Position numbers and translations under genes: made by a program. From contig JANNXD010000073.1 of the NCBI GenBank assembly GCA_031409375.1, forward strand, positions 3,486 through 67,485: DNA of 64,000 bases. Direction: 5' to 3'. Source of the DNA: Gammaproteobacteria bacterium (lineage in GTDB: Bacteria > Pseudomonadota > Gammaproteobacteria > Pseudomonadales > JANQJO01). Shown here one piece after another: positions 29,923-39,625 of the stretch (position 1 is its first letter; each line of letters begins with the position of its first letter). The notes under the pieces are model-generated. The model had not been told where the DNA came from. It was given only the letters and a program-made list of their open reading frames with translations, and did no database searches.

Positions 29923-30289
29923 GTTGCACTCCCTAGTAAATAAAAGGATAAAAGACAAATGGCCAAATAACTAAATAAATGGCCATCTGCAATTAGGAAA
30001 AACGGTGCAAAAATTCTTGAAAATTACACCTCCTTATTTTATTCAATCAAGGTGCTTATTAAACAACGGACTCAATGGTAAGTTCCGACAGACGGGGAGT
30101 GCAATGAACAATAATGAGTGAAAATACCGATTTATAGCTAAACTCATAATCATGAAACATAGCCGCAATGTTCAAACCATGATTCGCAGTCGTATTAAGG
30201 GAATTCATCAAAACCTATCTTCAAATACTTCTCAAACAGTTAAAATTTTTGCCACTTCCGAATAATAAGTGGTTAATTTATCCGCGATT

Positions 30290-31075
30290 ACTTCATGTGT
30301 TACACCGCATTCCAACAGCTCATTTATGGTTTCTCTTATATCAAGTGAAAGCGGGGCTAGCATCCTTCGCAACAGCGATTAATTAAAAATTATCGAGTTA
30401 CCACCGGTAAAAAGCCCGACGGCCAGCTTGGACATGAGCCTACGAATTTAACACCCATTGCCAACCCAGATCAGATAGAAAACATTCTGCTTGATACGCA
30501 ATCCTTGCCTTCTGGAAATTATAGAGTCGCAGGTTATGAAGCACGACAAGAAATTCAATTACGACTCAAATGCCACGTTATCGAAATTCGTGCGCAGATT
30601 TTGGTAAATGAAAATGGTAAGTGTTTTGTCGCAAAATTTCCGCAAGACCTATCGCGACCGGTGCAATATGGCGCCTCGGTGAAAGCGCATACCGTTTATC
30701 TCTCCGCTTTCCAAATACTGCCTTTTGATCGCATCTTAATTTATCCAATCAATATTGAACGCGCTGATGACCCCTCATGAAAAACGCGGTGCTAAAGCAA
30801 TCAAAGAAATTGGCATTTTGCCTAACTATGGCGGTCATTTAGCACATGATCATTAGAAATGTTTATTTTCGTTTTCTTTGCTTGCACGCGTTGTGTAACG
30901 CACATCATTTGCGTGAGTTAACACATGCGTTTGAACTGGGGCAGGCTTAAGAAATAAATGATCAATAGTCGATCTTATCTTTCGACTTGTCAAAAACAGG
31001 GCGTTGATAGCACTGTTGCGCTTGATCTGCTTTTCAATGGTAAATGGCCTGATTTCATTCAGATCATTATTGATG
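30290..31075 (+). pseudogene. Decayed IS66-family transposase (multiple frameshifts, stops and internal deletion)
   Basis: Fragments lie in different frames: GKKPDGQLGHEPTNL...YGASVKAH (30396-30780), HEKRGAKAIKEIGILPNYGGHLAHDH, CNAHHLRELTHAFE and SYLSTCQKQGVDSTVALDLLFNG. Together they follow the order of an IS66 transposase but span only about 0.7 kb. Confidence 0.6.
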
Positions 31076-31205
31076 CACATATCGGCATTCTCGGGATGCT
31101 GAATAGATACCAAATATCTACATGTGCTTACTGCAAAATGTTAAAAGCTATTTAAGCTTAACTATAGTCAGCTAACCCATAGTGTTTATCTCGGAGTATT
31201 AGGCA

Positions 31206-32564
31206 ATGATTTTATCAACATTCTCCAAAACGTTATTATCAATCAGTTTAGTATTTGTATTGATTGGCTCGACAGCGATTGCTAGCGAGGGGGGGGTGAA
31301 TTCACCGCCGCAGGCAAAAAATTCAGTTATTCAATTAGCTAAAATGAAAAATACACATGATACTGAAGCGGTGTCATTACTTTCGTCAGGCTTTACTTCA
31401 GGCCATTTTGTTACCACATCAGACGGTTTGCAACGCGGACTTTCTCTTCAGGGCAATGCTTTAATGGCGCGATCCACTAAGTCGACGGAAGTTAGTTTAC
31501 AAATTTTTGGTTTGCCTCAAGGCGGTCAGTTTATGTCGCATGTACATAATCTGCCATGTGGTACACAAGCGGGCGGCAGCCATTACAAAATTGATCCTGC
31601 CGTGACCGATGCTCAAGAAGCGAATGAAATTTGGTTCACACTCTCAACTTCCACCAATGGTTATGCGATTGGCGTAAAGAAAATTGCCAGCGTGGCACGT
31701 CCTGAAGCACAGTCGATTGTCATTCATGATACCGATGGTGTGCGTATTGCCTGTGCGGATCTTTATCAAAGCGATGCAGATGAGGTGATCGTTAAACAGG
31801 GTAAACTTAAATCATTAGGCACAACAGTGATTGATGGTTCTGGCCAGATGTCCATTTCTGCCTCAGGTTCACAAGTACAGTTATTGGCAAAAGGGCTTAC
31901 ACCCGATACCATTTATCCGGCCCATGTACATACCTTACCTTGTAAGGTGCAAAGTGGTGGCGGGCATTATAAAATTGATCCCAATATTACCAGCACCTTT
32001 GACACCAATGAAGTATGGTTGAGCTTAACCGCGAATGCCGATGGCATCTCACAGTCAAACGTCAGTATTCCACAGAAGATACGTCCTGAAGGACAAAGCA
32101 TAGTGATTCATGATGCCACTTCAGGTCAACGCTTAGCCTGTGTGGATTTGTTGGCGCCGAATGAAAATTATAGTGTTAATTTACATGCTAGATTTGCAGT
32201 AACCGTCGCAGGTTATAAATATGGATATGAAAATGTCAGCGGCAATGCAGATTTAAATCGCTCAATATTTGCTGGTACCAGTGCCATGGCAACAGTATCA
32301 GGTTTAAAACCTAATACCCAATATATGGGGCACTTGCATGATTCGCTTTGTTCATTAGGTGGCGGCGGTCATTACAAAATTGATCCGACGCTTACCACTG
32401 CTGAAGAATCAAATGAAATGTGGTTTACTTTTCGTACCAATCGAAATGGTTATGCAAAAGCGTATACGAGACATGTAAATCACATTGCCCGATCCGATGC
32501 ACGTTCAATTGTGATTCACGATGCAGATGATCCAAAGGTGCGAGTTGCATGCGCCAACTTCTAG
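31206..32564 (+). CDS. Secreted protein with three tandem Cu,Zn-SOD-fold domains (Cu-only-SOD-like repeats)
   Basis: Signal peptide, then three modules of about 125 aa (roughly nt 31389-31763, 31782-32150 and 32169-32561). Each has H(V/L)H...C, GG(S/G)HYKIDP, SIVIHD and R(I/L/V)AC(A/V)(D/N)(L/F). This parallels SOD1 HVH, H63, H120, R143 and the disulfide Cys pair. Confidence 0.65.
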   Translation: MILSTFSKTLLSISLVFVLIGSTAIASEGGVNSPPQAKNSVIQLAKMKNTHDTEAVSLLSSGFTSGHFVTTSDGLQRGLSLQGNALMARSTKSTEVSLQIFGLPQGGQFMSHVHNLPCGTQAGGSHYKIDPAVTDAQEANEIWFTLSTSTNGYAIGVKKIASVARPEAQSIVIHDTDGVRIACADLYQSDADEVIVKQGKLKSLGTTVIDGSGQMSISASGSQVQLLAKGLTPDTIYPAHVHTLPCKVQSGGGHYKIDPNITSTFDTNEVWLSLTANADGISQSNVSIPQKIRPEGQSIVIHDATSGQRLACVDLLAPNENYSVNLHARFAVTVAGYKYGYENVSGNADLNRSIFAGTSAMATVSGLKPNTQYMGHLHDSLCSLGGGGHYKIDPTLTTAEESNEMWFTFRTNRNGYAKAYTRHVNHIARSDARSIVIHDADDPKVRVACANF

Positions 32565-32573
32565 TTGATTGAT

Positions 32574-32603
32574 GCGTTCCTTCCCTTTGTCAGGAGGGAA
32601 CGC
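32574..32603. terminator. Hairpin between convergent genes (candidate bidirectional terminator)
   Basis: GCGTTCCTTCC-CTTTGTCA-GGAGGGAACGC: an 11-bp stem with one mismatch, followed by ACTTTGGTTT. It lies between the stops at 32564 (+) and 32621 (-). Confidence 0.5.
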
Positions 32604-32620
32604 ACTTTGGTTTACTTGAA

Positions 32621-32983
32621 TTAAGAAATCTTCACATCCGACCAAACTGCGTACTCATTACCATTGGGATCAGCAAAATGAAAACGCTGGCCGCCGGGAA
32701 AATTAAATAAGGGTTTGATAATCGCCCCGCCCGCTTCTTCAATTTTAATTTGGGTGGCGAATAGATCTTTGCTGTAAAACACAATCAACACACTCCCTGC
32801 TTTGGTGGTGACGCATAAATCACTTTTATAAAATCCACCATTAATACCCGCATCATTAAAAGCTATATAGTCAGGGCCATAGTCCACAAAAGACCACGCA
32901 AATACCTGGTTAAAAAAATCTTTAGTTTGCTGCAGATTTTTTGAGGGCAACTCTAAGTAATCAATTTTTTCGTGTCGAGCCAT
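32621..32983 (-). CDS. VOC (glyoxalase/bleomycin-resistance fold) family protein
   Basis: The size (120 aa) and pattern fit small VOC proteins: IDYLELPSKNLQQTKDFF...FGW-like, and GGQRFHFADPNGNEYAVW. Confidence 0.65.
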   Translation of the reverse strand: MARHEKIDYLELPSKNLQQTKDFFNQVFAWSFVDYGPDYIAFNDAGINGGFYKSDLCVTTKAGSVLIVFYSKDLFATQIKIEEAGGAIIKPLFNFPGGQRFHFADPNGNEYAVWSDVKIS

Positions 32984-33036
32984 GGCTTCTCCGTCAGTCG
33001 TATTTTACAATCTCGATCTACCTAATTCGCAATTGC

Positions 33037-34488
33037 TTACTCAATTCCCAATTGCCGATAAAACGCCACCACAGCAGCATCCGCTCGAACATCTCGCATA
33101 GCGATTGGCTGAATTAAAGTAATGCCCTCTAGTGTTTTCGCACGCGATAAGGCCACATAAGTTTGACCTTCACAAAATGCGCCCCGCCCCAGATCTAACT
33201 GCAAACGCTCCAAGGTTAAACCTTGCGATTTATGAATGGTAATAGCCCAACCTAACGCTAAAGGAAACTGCTGAAACGATCCCACTTCTTGCTTTTCAAT
33301 TTTTTGCGTTGCGTAATTATAAGTGTATTGGTATTTGATCCATACTTCTCTGGCCACCAGCAAGACATTATCACTGGCATGTTTTTTTACCCGAATGTGC
33401 TCATCATCAAACCCCATGACTTCACCCAAATCACCATTTACCCATTGCGGTTTTTTGTTTTTCAGAAAAATTACTTGTGCGCCGACTTTTAATTCCAATC
33501 GGTCCGGCACGGTGAGCTTCCATTGATTGGCCGATAATTCTCCCGTAATTGCCGCTTGATAAATCCGCACTTCAGCCGACAAGGCATCGAGCTCACGAGT
33601 ATTAATTTGTTTCGCCGATTGATTGGTCGGCACCAGATAAATCCCCCTCTTTTCCGCTTTCCCATTATTGCGTAAATAGTGATCCCGAAAACAGCGGCGA
33701 TTAAACAAGGCCACCGAATTCCGTGGTTGATCATTTAAACGAATGCGATTAAGGGCCTCTATAAACTCCGCATCCGCTTGCCGCCTGACTTTGGCGAGAT
33801 TCACGGGAATAATCGCTTGCTGTTTAAAAATGTCTGCTGAAAAAAAATGATAGGTGCGATACCGATGCGAGAAGTACACCATTTCTTCTTTGGAACTGAC
33901 CACAGGTGGTAGCTGCAATAAGTCGCCTACAAAGATGGTGGCCACGCCGCCAAAAGGTTGTGCATTGCGCCGCACGCGTTGCAGCGTGCGATCCATAACA
34001 TCCACCAGATTCGGCAACACCATCGACACTTCATCAATAATCAAATATCGAATATTTTCTAATACCAGTCGTGTTTTATCTTTAACGATGATTTGATCAT
34101 CGGGGTCAATATGCGTCGGTGGTAAACCAAAAAACGCATGCAGCGTATCACCCTGCACATTCACCGCCGCAATCGCCGTTGGCGCAACAACAGCACAACC
34201 TGGTAACTGCTGACACAACCATTGGATCAAAGTCGATTTACCAGTACCGGCTTTACCCGTCACAAAAATCGAAGGACAGCCTTGCTGCAACGCCTGCAGA
34301 ATAAATTGGTATTCAGGCAGAATTTCAATATCCGTCAATGGTTCAGCAAACGACGAATATTTTTTCTGCTGCCGCTGCCCCTGTTCAGGAATAATACTGG
34401 CTTCAATAATGGCAAAATTCTGCGGTGTTAGTGCATCGTCACCCAAAATATCTTGCGCGAGCGTGGTAATGGAATCCCAAACAGTCAT
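33037..34488 (-). CDS. Pif1/RecD-like SF1 DNA helicase
   Basis: VTGKAGTGKSTLI (Walker A), LIIDEVSMV (Walker B), GDLLQLPPV, and AITIHKSQGLTL with YVALSRA. Confidence 0.8.
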   Translation of the reverse strand: MTVWDSITTLAQDILGDDALTPQNFAIIEASIIPEQGQRQQKKYSSFAEPLTDIEILPEYQFILQALQQGCPSIFVTGKAGTGKSTLIQWLCQQLPGCAVVAPTAIAAVNVQGDTLHAFFGLPPTHIDPDDQIIVKDKTRLVLENIRYLIIDEVSMVLPNLVDVMDRTLQRVRRNAQPFGGVATIFVGDLLQLPPVVSSKEEMVYFSHRYRTYHFFSADIFKQQAIIPVNLAKVRRQADAEFIEALNRIRLNDQPRNSVALFNRRCFRDHYLRNNGKAEKRGIYLVPTNQSAKQINTRELDALSAEVRIYQAAITGELSANQWKLTVPDRLELKVGAQVIFLKNKKPQWVNGDLGEVMGFDDEHIRVKKHASDNVLLVAREVWIKYQYTYNYATQKIEKQEVGSFQQFPLALGWAITIHKSQGLTLERLQLDLGRGAFCEGQTYVALSRAKTLEGITLIQPIAMRDVRADAAVVAFYRQLGIE

Positions 34489-34528
34489 AGAGTTGCCTAA
34501 GTAGCGTCTTCTTATTTCACAGTGGGCG

Positions 34529-36967
34529 TTACTGATTTCTCAGCGGCAATTCTTGATTGACCGCAGAACCATCCGTGCCCGTGCCTGCACTGGTTTTTGG
34601 CGGCAAAGGGTTATATGGCTCATCTTTGGTGCGCACCACCACTTCCCGTTGCGGGAAGGACATTTGTATGCTGTTGGCCCGCAGCGCCGCTTCAATGGCA
34701 AAGTTAATTTCACTGATGACGGATAATCGATCCCGAATTTCGCGCACAAAACAGCGTAACTCAAATTCTAACGCGGTGTCGCCAAAGGCTTTAAATAACA
34801 CCAAAGGCCCTGGCACACCAAAGGGATTAGATTTGGGGAAAACGTTGCTATTTTCTTCAGCAACTTTTAACAACAAGGCTTTTATCTGCTGAGTATTGCT
34901 GTCCTGTGCGACTTTTAACGACACAATAATTCGACCGAATGAATCATTCAACGTTAAATTCGTCACCTCAGAGGCAATAAATGCCGAGTTGGGTACGATG
35001 ACATCAAACCGATCCCAGGTTTGAATTTCCGTCGAGCGCACTCGAATATTTTTAACAATGCCTTCGGTATTACCCACCTTAACCCAATCGCCACGACGAA
35101 TCGGTCGCTCAAATAATAAAATAATCCCAGAGACAAAATTATTAACGATATTTTGCAAACCAAAACCAATACCCACTGACAAGGCACCAGCAATAATCGC
35201 TAAATTGCTAAAGTCAAAACCGGCGACCGACAAGCCGACCAGCAATGCAATCGCAAACCCCAGATATCCAATCAATTTCACTAAGGTTTCACGCGCATTG
35301 CGATCCATGCGCTCGGTGAACAAGCTCGCACTATCTATTCGCTGACCGACCCAACCAAAAAATGACGATAACGCCGTAAATAACACAATACCGATTAAGA
35401 TTTGGTAAGGCACAATCTGCAATTTACCAATCGCAAAACCATCAATCCAATATTGCCTTACCATCAACCCACCGCTGCTGGCAAAGCCCCAGATGTTCAA
35501 TGTAAAAGCAACGGCAGCCCCTAATAAGGTGATCACCGACAACAACCGCAACCAAAACAAGCCAGGAAATAAAGCGTCCGACTCCAGCTGCATACGTTGT
35601 TTTAAACGTTGCACCCAAGGTTGCTTGCCTTGATCCAACTCGCTAAAAAATTGGTGCGTCAAGGCGTTGATTAGCCATAACACCACCCCCAATAAAATAC
35701 TTTGGGCCAAACCAATCACGACATAATTGACCAGCCGCAAATACCCCAAGCCTTCAGCAATCACCAGTGACAACAACCCCACTTGCACCAACAAACTGAG
35801 CAACATCACCCGACGTGTTTGGCTGATGACGCGCACCAAATTCACCAAGCTGACAAAATTCAGCAAACCAAAACACACCCCGATTAAACGCGCCATGGCT
35901 ACAGCACTGTCCGGCCATTGCCAATATTGCAAGCTGATCCAAATAATGCCGCCGATCAGCAACAATGAATAAAAATTACGCAGCCGCCGATACAAGGCAC
36001 GCGCAAAAGCTGGTGGCCAGGCGATTAACGGGATAGCGGGTATTGGCGGTGCTAACAGTGCCGCAGTACTGCCGAGCAATAAAGCCATCAGCGCCACGGC
36101 ATAACCCAAATGACTTAGCCAGGAGTGATCCGGCCACAGTGCCTCGGCAGCCAACCCAATGGATAAACTGATCCAGCCCAGCGGAGCGTAACGTTCAATG
36201 CTGCACCAGACAGACAACAACACTTGATTCGAAAACCGGTCGGGTATGGCTGCCGGTCGATGGCGACGCAACCAAAGCCGGCCAAAAATTGCAATGGTCA
36301 TACTCAGCACCATGATGGCCGACAACATGAGCCATTGTTGCGGCGAAGCCTGACGAGCGCCTTGGGTCAGAGGGTCTAAATCCTGTCGCCAGAGATGATG
36401 AATAAAATCTGGCAAACTGCTCAGGTCCGTCCACAATTGCAAGACTACTTGACGCGCATCAGCATCACGCTGGGTGATCGTCACCAACAAGGCCGCTTGC
36501 TCCGCTTCATTTAATTGCGTGACCAATTGGGTCGATTGTTGTAATAACAAACGGCACGCCACCAATTCGCTTTCAAGCGTCTCAATCTGCTGCTGGATTT
36601 CTTGCACACCACTTTTAATCAATGGCTGATTGGGGGTTGGCAACTTCAAAACAGGCAAAGGCAAAGGTGTGGCCACCGAACTAATGGGCGCTTGATCGAC
36701 CAACAAGGCTTTTTGTTGCACCAACGACTCTTCGATCTGAGTCACGCATTGATTGCTGCTGGTGCGAATATCCACGGCTTGTATCAAAGCTTCTTGCAAC
36801 TCACCACGATCCAAACGCTGGCGCTTTAATGCCTGCTGCGTTTTTTCTACCCATTGACGACTCGCTTGACGAACAACCTCAGCAGTTGGCTGAACATCGG
36901 CCAACACCGATTGCGTCATCAAAATCACGCCCAACACAATCGAAATTAACTTTATGAAAAACTTCAT
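34529..36967 (-). CDS. MscK/KefA-like mechanosensitive channel (MscS family, large form)
   Basis: Signal peptide, periplasmic coiled-coil region, about 10 TM segments, and an MscS core (GFGLQNIVNNFVSGIILLFERPIRRGDWV). Confidence 0.85.
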   Translation of the reverse strand: MKFFIKLISIVLGVILMTQSVLADVQPTAEVVRQASRQWVEKTQQALKRQRLDRGELQEALIQAVDIRTSSNQCVTQIEESLVQQKALLVDQAPISSVATPLPLPVLKLPTPNQPLIKSGVQEIQQQIETLESELVACRLLLQQSTQLVTQLNEAEQAALLVTITQRDADARQVVLQLWTDLSSLPDFIHHLWRQDLDPLTQGARQASPQQWLMLSAIMVLSMTIAIFGRLWLRRHRPAAIPDRFSNQVLLSVWCSIERYAPLGWISLSIGLAAEALWPDHSWLSHLGYAVALMALLLGSTAALLAPPIPAIPLIAWPPAFARALYRRLRNFYSLLLIGGIIWISLQYWQWPDSAVAMARLIGVCFGLLNFVSLVNLVRVISQTRRVMLLSLLVQVGLLSLVIAEGLGYLRLVNYVVIGLAQSILLGVVLWLINALTHQFFSELDQGKQPWVQRLKQRMQLESDALFPGLFWLRLLSVITLLGAAVAFTLNIWGFASSGGLMVRQYWIDGFAIGKLQIVPYQILIGIVLFTALSSFFGWVGQRIDSASLFTERMDRNARETLVKLIGYLGFAIALLVGLSVAGFDFSNLAIIAGALSVGIGFGLQNIVNNFVSGIILLFERPIRRGDWVKVGNTEGIVKNIRVRSTEIQTWDRFDVIVPNSAFIASEVTNLTLNDSFGRIIVSLKVAQDSNTQQIKALLLKVAEENSNVFPKSNPFGVPGPLVLFKAFGDTALEFELRCFVREIRDRLSVISEINFAIEAALRANSIQMSFPQREVVVRTKDEPYNPLPPKTSAGTGTDGSAVNQELPLRNQ

Positions 36968-37035
36968 AGCAATTCTCTTAAAAACATTTTTTTAATAACA
37001 AGCGATTAATGGATCGACCTACGAATTAAAATACA

Positions 37036-37887
37036 TTATTTGAATGCCTTAGCTTTTGCCGCCAATAAACCGCGCAATAACTGCAACTCCATTTTATCGG
37101 GCTGCGCACGTAAAAATAAACGCGTTAAACGCGCCACAATTTGCTTGGGATTTTCGGGATCGTAAAATCCCCATTCAACCGCCAACTGCGTGAGGTGCTC
37201 AACAAAATAATGCAGCTCTTGACTGGTAGCCAAATCGGCATCCCAACGACACGCCGCCAACGGCATAAGTTTCCCACGGCTATTGCGTTCGCTTACCTGG
37301 TTTTGTTCATCTAACTGTGTTTTTTCAATTGAATCTGCTTGCTCGGTTAAATGAATTTGCAAAGCTTGCCAAATTTCATAGCTAATGACCTGCACGGCCA
37401 TGGCAATATTTAACACACCATACTCAGGATTACTGGGAATTTGCACATGGTAATGACAGCGCATCAGCTCTTCATTGGTCAAACCGCTGGCTTCACGACC
37501 GAAAACTAAAGCAATTTTTGTTGGCATTTGCGTTAAGCGTTCTAGGATCATCTCCGCACAAGCTTTCGGTGAGACCACCGGCCAAGGAATGCTGCGAGAG
37601 CGGGCTGAAGCTCCAAATACCCATTGCTTATCCGCCACAGCCTCATCAAAAGTGGACACCACTTGCGCATGATCCAAAACATCATCCGCCCCAGAAGCCA
37701 AGTGATAAGCCTGATCGGCGGGAAACTGATCAGGCGACACTAAAATTAGACGGCTTAAGCCCATGGTTTTCATGGCCCTTGCCACTGAGCCGATATTACC
37801 CGGATGTGACGTATTCACCAGAATCACACTGACATGCTCGGCCAAAATACTTGGCGCGAGCGACGATGATAAAGAAGTATTAGTCAT
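37036..37887 (-). CDS. trmJ: tRNA (cytidine/uridine-2'-O-)-methyltransferase TrmJ
   Basis: VILVNTSHPGNIGSVARAMKTMGLSRLILVSP and LVFGREASGLTNEE (SpoU/TrmH fold). It is divergent from suhB, as in enterobacteria. Confidence 0.85.
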   Translation of the reverse strand: MTNTSLSSSLAPSILAEHVSVILVNTSHPGNIGSVARAMKTMGLSRLILVSPDQFPADQAYHLASGADDVLDHAQVVSTFDEAVADKQWVFGASARSRSIPWPVVSPKACAEMILERLTQMPTKIALVFGREASGLTNEELMRCHYHVQIPSNPEYGVLNIAMAVQVISYEIWQALQIHLTEQADSIEKTQLDEQNQVSERNSRGKLMPLAACRWDADLATSQELHYFVEHLTQLAVEWGFYDPENPKQIVARLTRLFLRAQPDKMELQLLRGLLAAKAKAFK

Positions 37888-37958
37888 GCAAACTACTCAA
37901 GCAAAACTGCTATCATAGCGGACCCTTCCTATTGAAAACAGCATTGGAATCATCTGTC

Positions 37959-38771
37959 ATGTCGCAATCGCTTGCTCCGTTATTAAATATCGCCGTCAGC
38001 GCTGCTGAAGCTGCAGGCGCTTATATTGTTCGCCAGGCTTACTTAGGCAAATTAGAAGTCGCCGAAAAAGGTCTGCATGATTTTGTCACCCAAGTTGACC
38101 GCACGGCTGAAGCCATGATCATTGATCATATTCGCAAGCATTATCCACAGCACGGCATCCTCGCCGAAGAATCTGGACAGCACGACACGCAACATGAAAC
38201 CCAGTGGATTATTGATCCAATTGACGGTACCACCAACTTCATTCACAGCATTCCCCACTACTGCATTTCCATTGGGATCAGTGAAGCTGGCAAAGTCATG
38301 CATGGTGTAGTACTGGATCCGATCAAACAAGAAACCTTTATCGCCAGCCGTGGCCGTGGCGCTTTTATGAACAACAAACGCATGCGCGTGAGTAATAAGC
38401 AACAACTCGCCGGTGCATTATTGGCGACCGGCATTCCCTTTGGCGAAGCCTGTTATCGTCCACAATTTGCCACTTATATGGAAATGTTAAAACGTTTTAT
38501 GCCACAACTCGCCGGCATACGGCGATTAGGTTCTGCCGCGTTAGATCTGGCTTATGTTGCTTGTGGTCGCTATGACGGCTATTGGGAACTGAATCTGAAA
38601 CCGTGGGACATGGCGGCTGGCACTTTATTGGTACAGGAGGCTGGTGGTTTAATCAGCGATTTAAATGGCGAGCATCAATACATGAAATCCGGCGATATTG
38701 TCGCCGCCAATCCGAAAGTTTTTAAAGCCATGCTGCAAACGATGCACAATGAATCAAATACTGCCGCCTAA
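37959..38771 (+). CDS. suhB: Inositol-1-monophosphatase SuhB
   Basis: LLNIAVSAAEAAG, ILAEE, WIIDPIDGTTNF and WDMAAG. The ATG at 37959 is preferred over the TTG at 37932. Confidence 0.9.
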   Translation: MSQSLAPLLNIAVSAAEAAGAYIVRQAYLGKLEVAEKGLHDFVTQVDRTAEAMIIDHIRKHYPQHGILAEESGQHDTQHETQWIIDPIDGTTNFIHSIPHYCISIGISEAGKVMHGVVLDPIKQETFIASRGRGAFMNNKRMRVSNKQQLAGALLATGIPFGEACYRPQFATYMEMLKRFMPQLAGIRRLGSAALDLAYVACGRYDGYWELNLKPWDMAAGTLLVQEAGGLISDLNGEHQYMKSGDIVAANPKVFKAMLQTMHNESNTAA

Positions 38772-38913
38772 AAGTGAAGATAGGGACCTTCCTAGACTAT
38801 TTATTCTAAACTTTTACGGTAATCTGCAAGTATCTGTCTATACTGGTTGAGCGCAATTGTGTGCATACATCGAGCATTGACGGAACATCACGATCATACA
38901 GAGGATATTACAG

Positions 38914-39339
38914 ATGAACGATTTAACCGCAAAAGTTTCTGATCAAATGGAAAAAACCACCGATAAAATTAAAGATCAGATGGAACAAATGAACGAATCA
39001 CTAAGCCAATTGGTTTGCGCAAGTAAAGGGTTGATGTTAAAAATCACCGAAACCAGCAACAAACAATTTAACGAATTAGTGAAAGCTGGCGAAGGCAAAA
39101 ACTTTGCTGCAGAAATCAAAAGCGCATTGCCAAAAATCTCTGATACCAAAAGTTCAATTAAACAATTAAAGTCAGCGACCATCGGCTTAATCAGCAAAAG
39201 CAAAGAATTCAGCAGCCGCTATTTTAATGAGCTGATCAAACAAGGTGAATGCCAAACCAATCAAACCACCAAATCGATCAATCCCAACACAATCAACACC
39301 AATTCCAGCAATCGTCCTAAAACAAAAACAGCCGCTTAA
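38914..39339 (+). CDS. Phasin-like (PHA granule-associated, PhaF/PhaI N-domain-like) protein
   Basis: NKQFNELVKAGEGK and SSRYFNELIKQGE resemble the F..LVK.GE signature of granule-associated phasins. The protein is small, helical and low in complexity. Confidence 0.4.
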   Translation: MNDLTAKVSDQMEKTTDKIKDQMEQMNESLSQLVCASKGLMLKITETSNKQFNELVKAGEGKNFAAEIKSALPKISDTKSSIKQLKSATIGLISKSKEFSSRYFNELIKQGECQTNQTTKSINPNTINTNSSNRPKTKTAA

Positions 39340-39371
39340 TATCTACCTTTCATCCCTTTTTTACATCAATT

Positions 39372-39408
39372 GAAAACCTGCATTCGTACCCTCATCAAGC
39401 AGGTTTTC
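39372..39408 (+). terminator. Candidate terminator hairpin after the phasin-like gene
   Basis: GAAAACCTGC (39372-39381) and GCAGGTTTTC (39399-39408) form a perfect 10-bp inverted repeat with a 17-nt loop. The downstream T-tract is weak. Confidence 0.4.
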
Positions 39409-39625
39409 ATTGATTAGCAGAAAAAGGGGTGAACTTTTCTTTCTTCTGTAGTCTTTCTTGCACTGATGTGTTTTTTTTTGGGTTTGCAAATAAGCGTTTT
39501 CGACTATTCTTAGTCATACGGTCTTTGGCTCACCACTAAAATGCCACTGCTGAACACTTACCGATCACGACGGTACACGCGCAGTCAGTCTTACGAAAGC
39601 CAGTATTACAGCAGGAGCTGCGAAA

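Noticed and set aside
32621-34488. The Pif1-like helicase plus the VOC protein read as a phage-defence module.
   Set aside because: There is no nuclease, methylase, sensor or effector partner. The two genes are separated by a 53-bp spacer, and stand-alone bacterial Pif1/RecD-like helicases are common.
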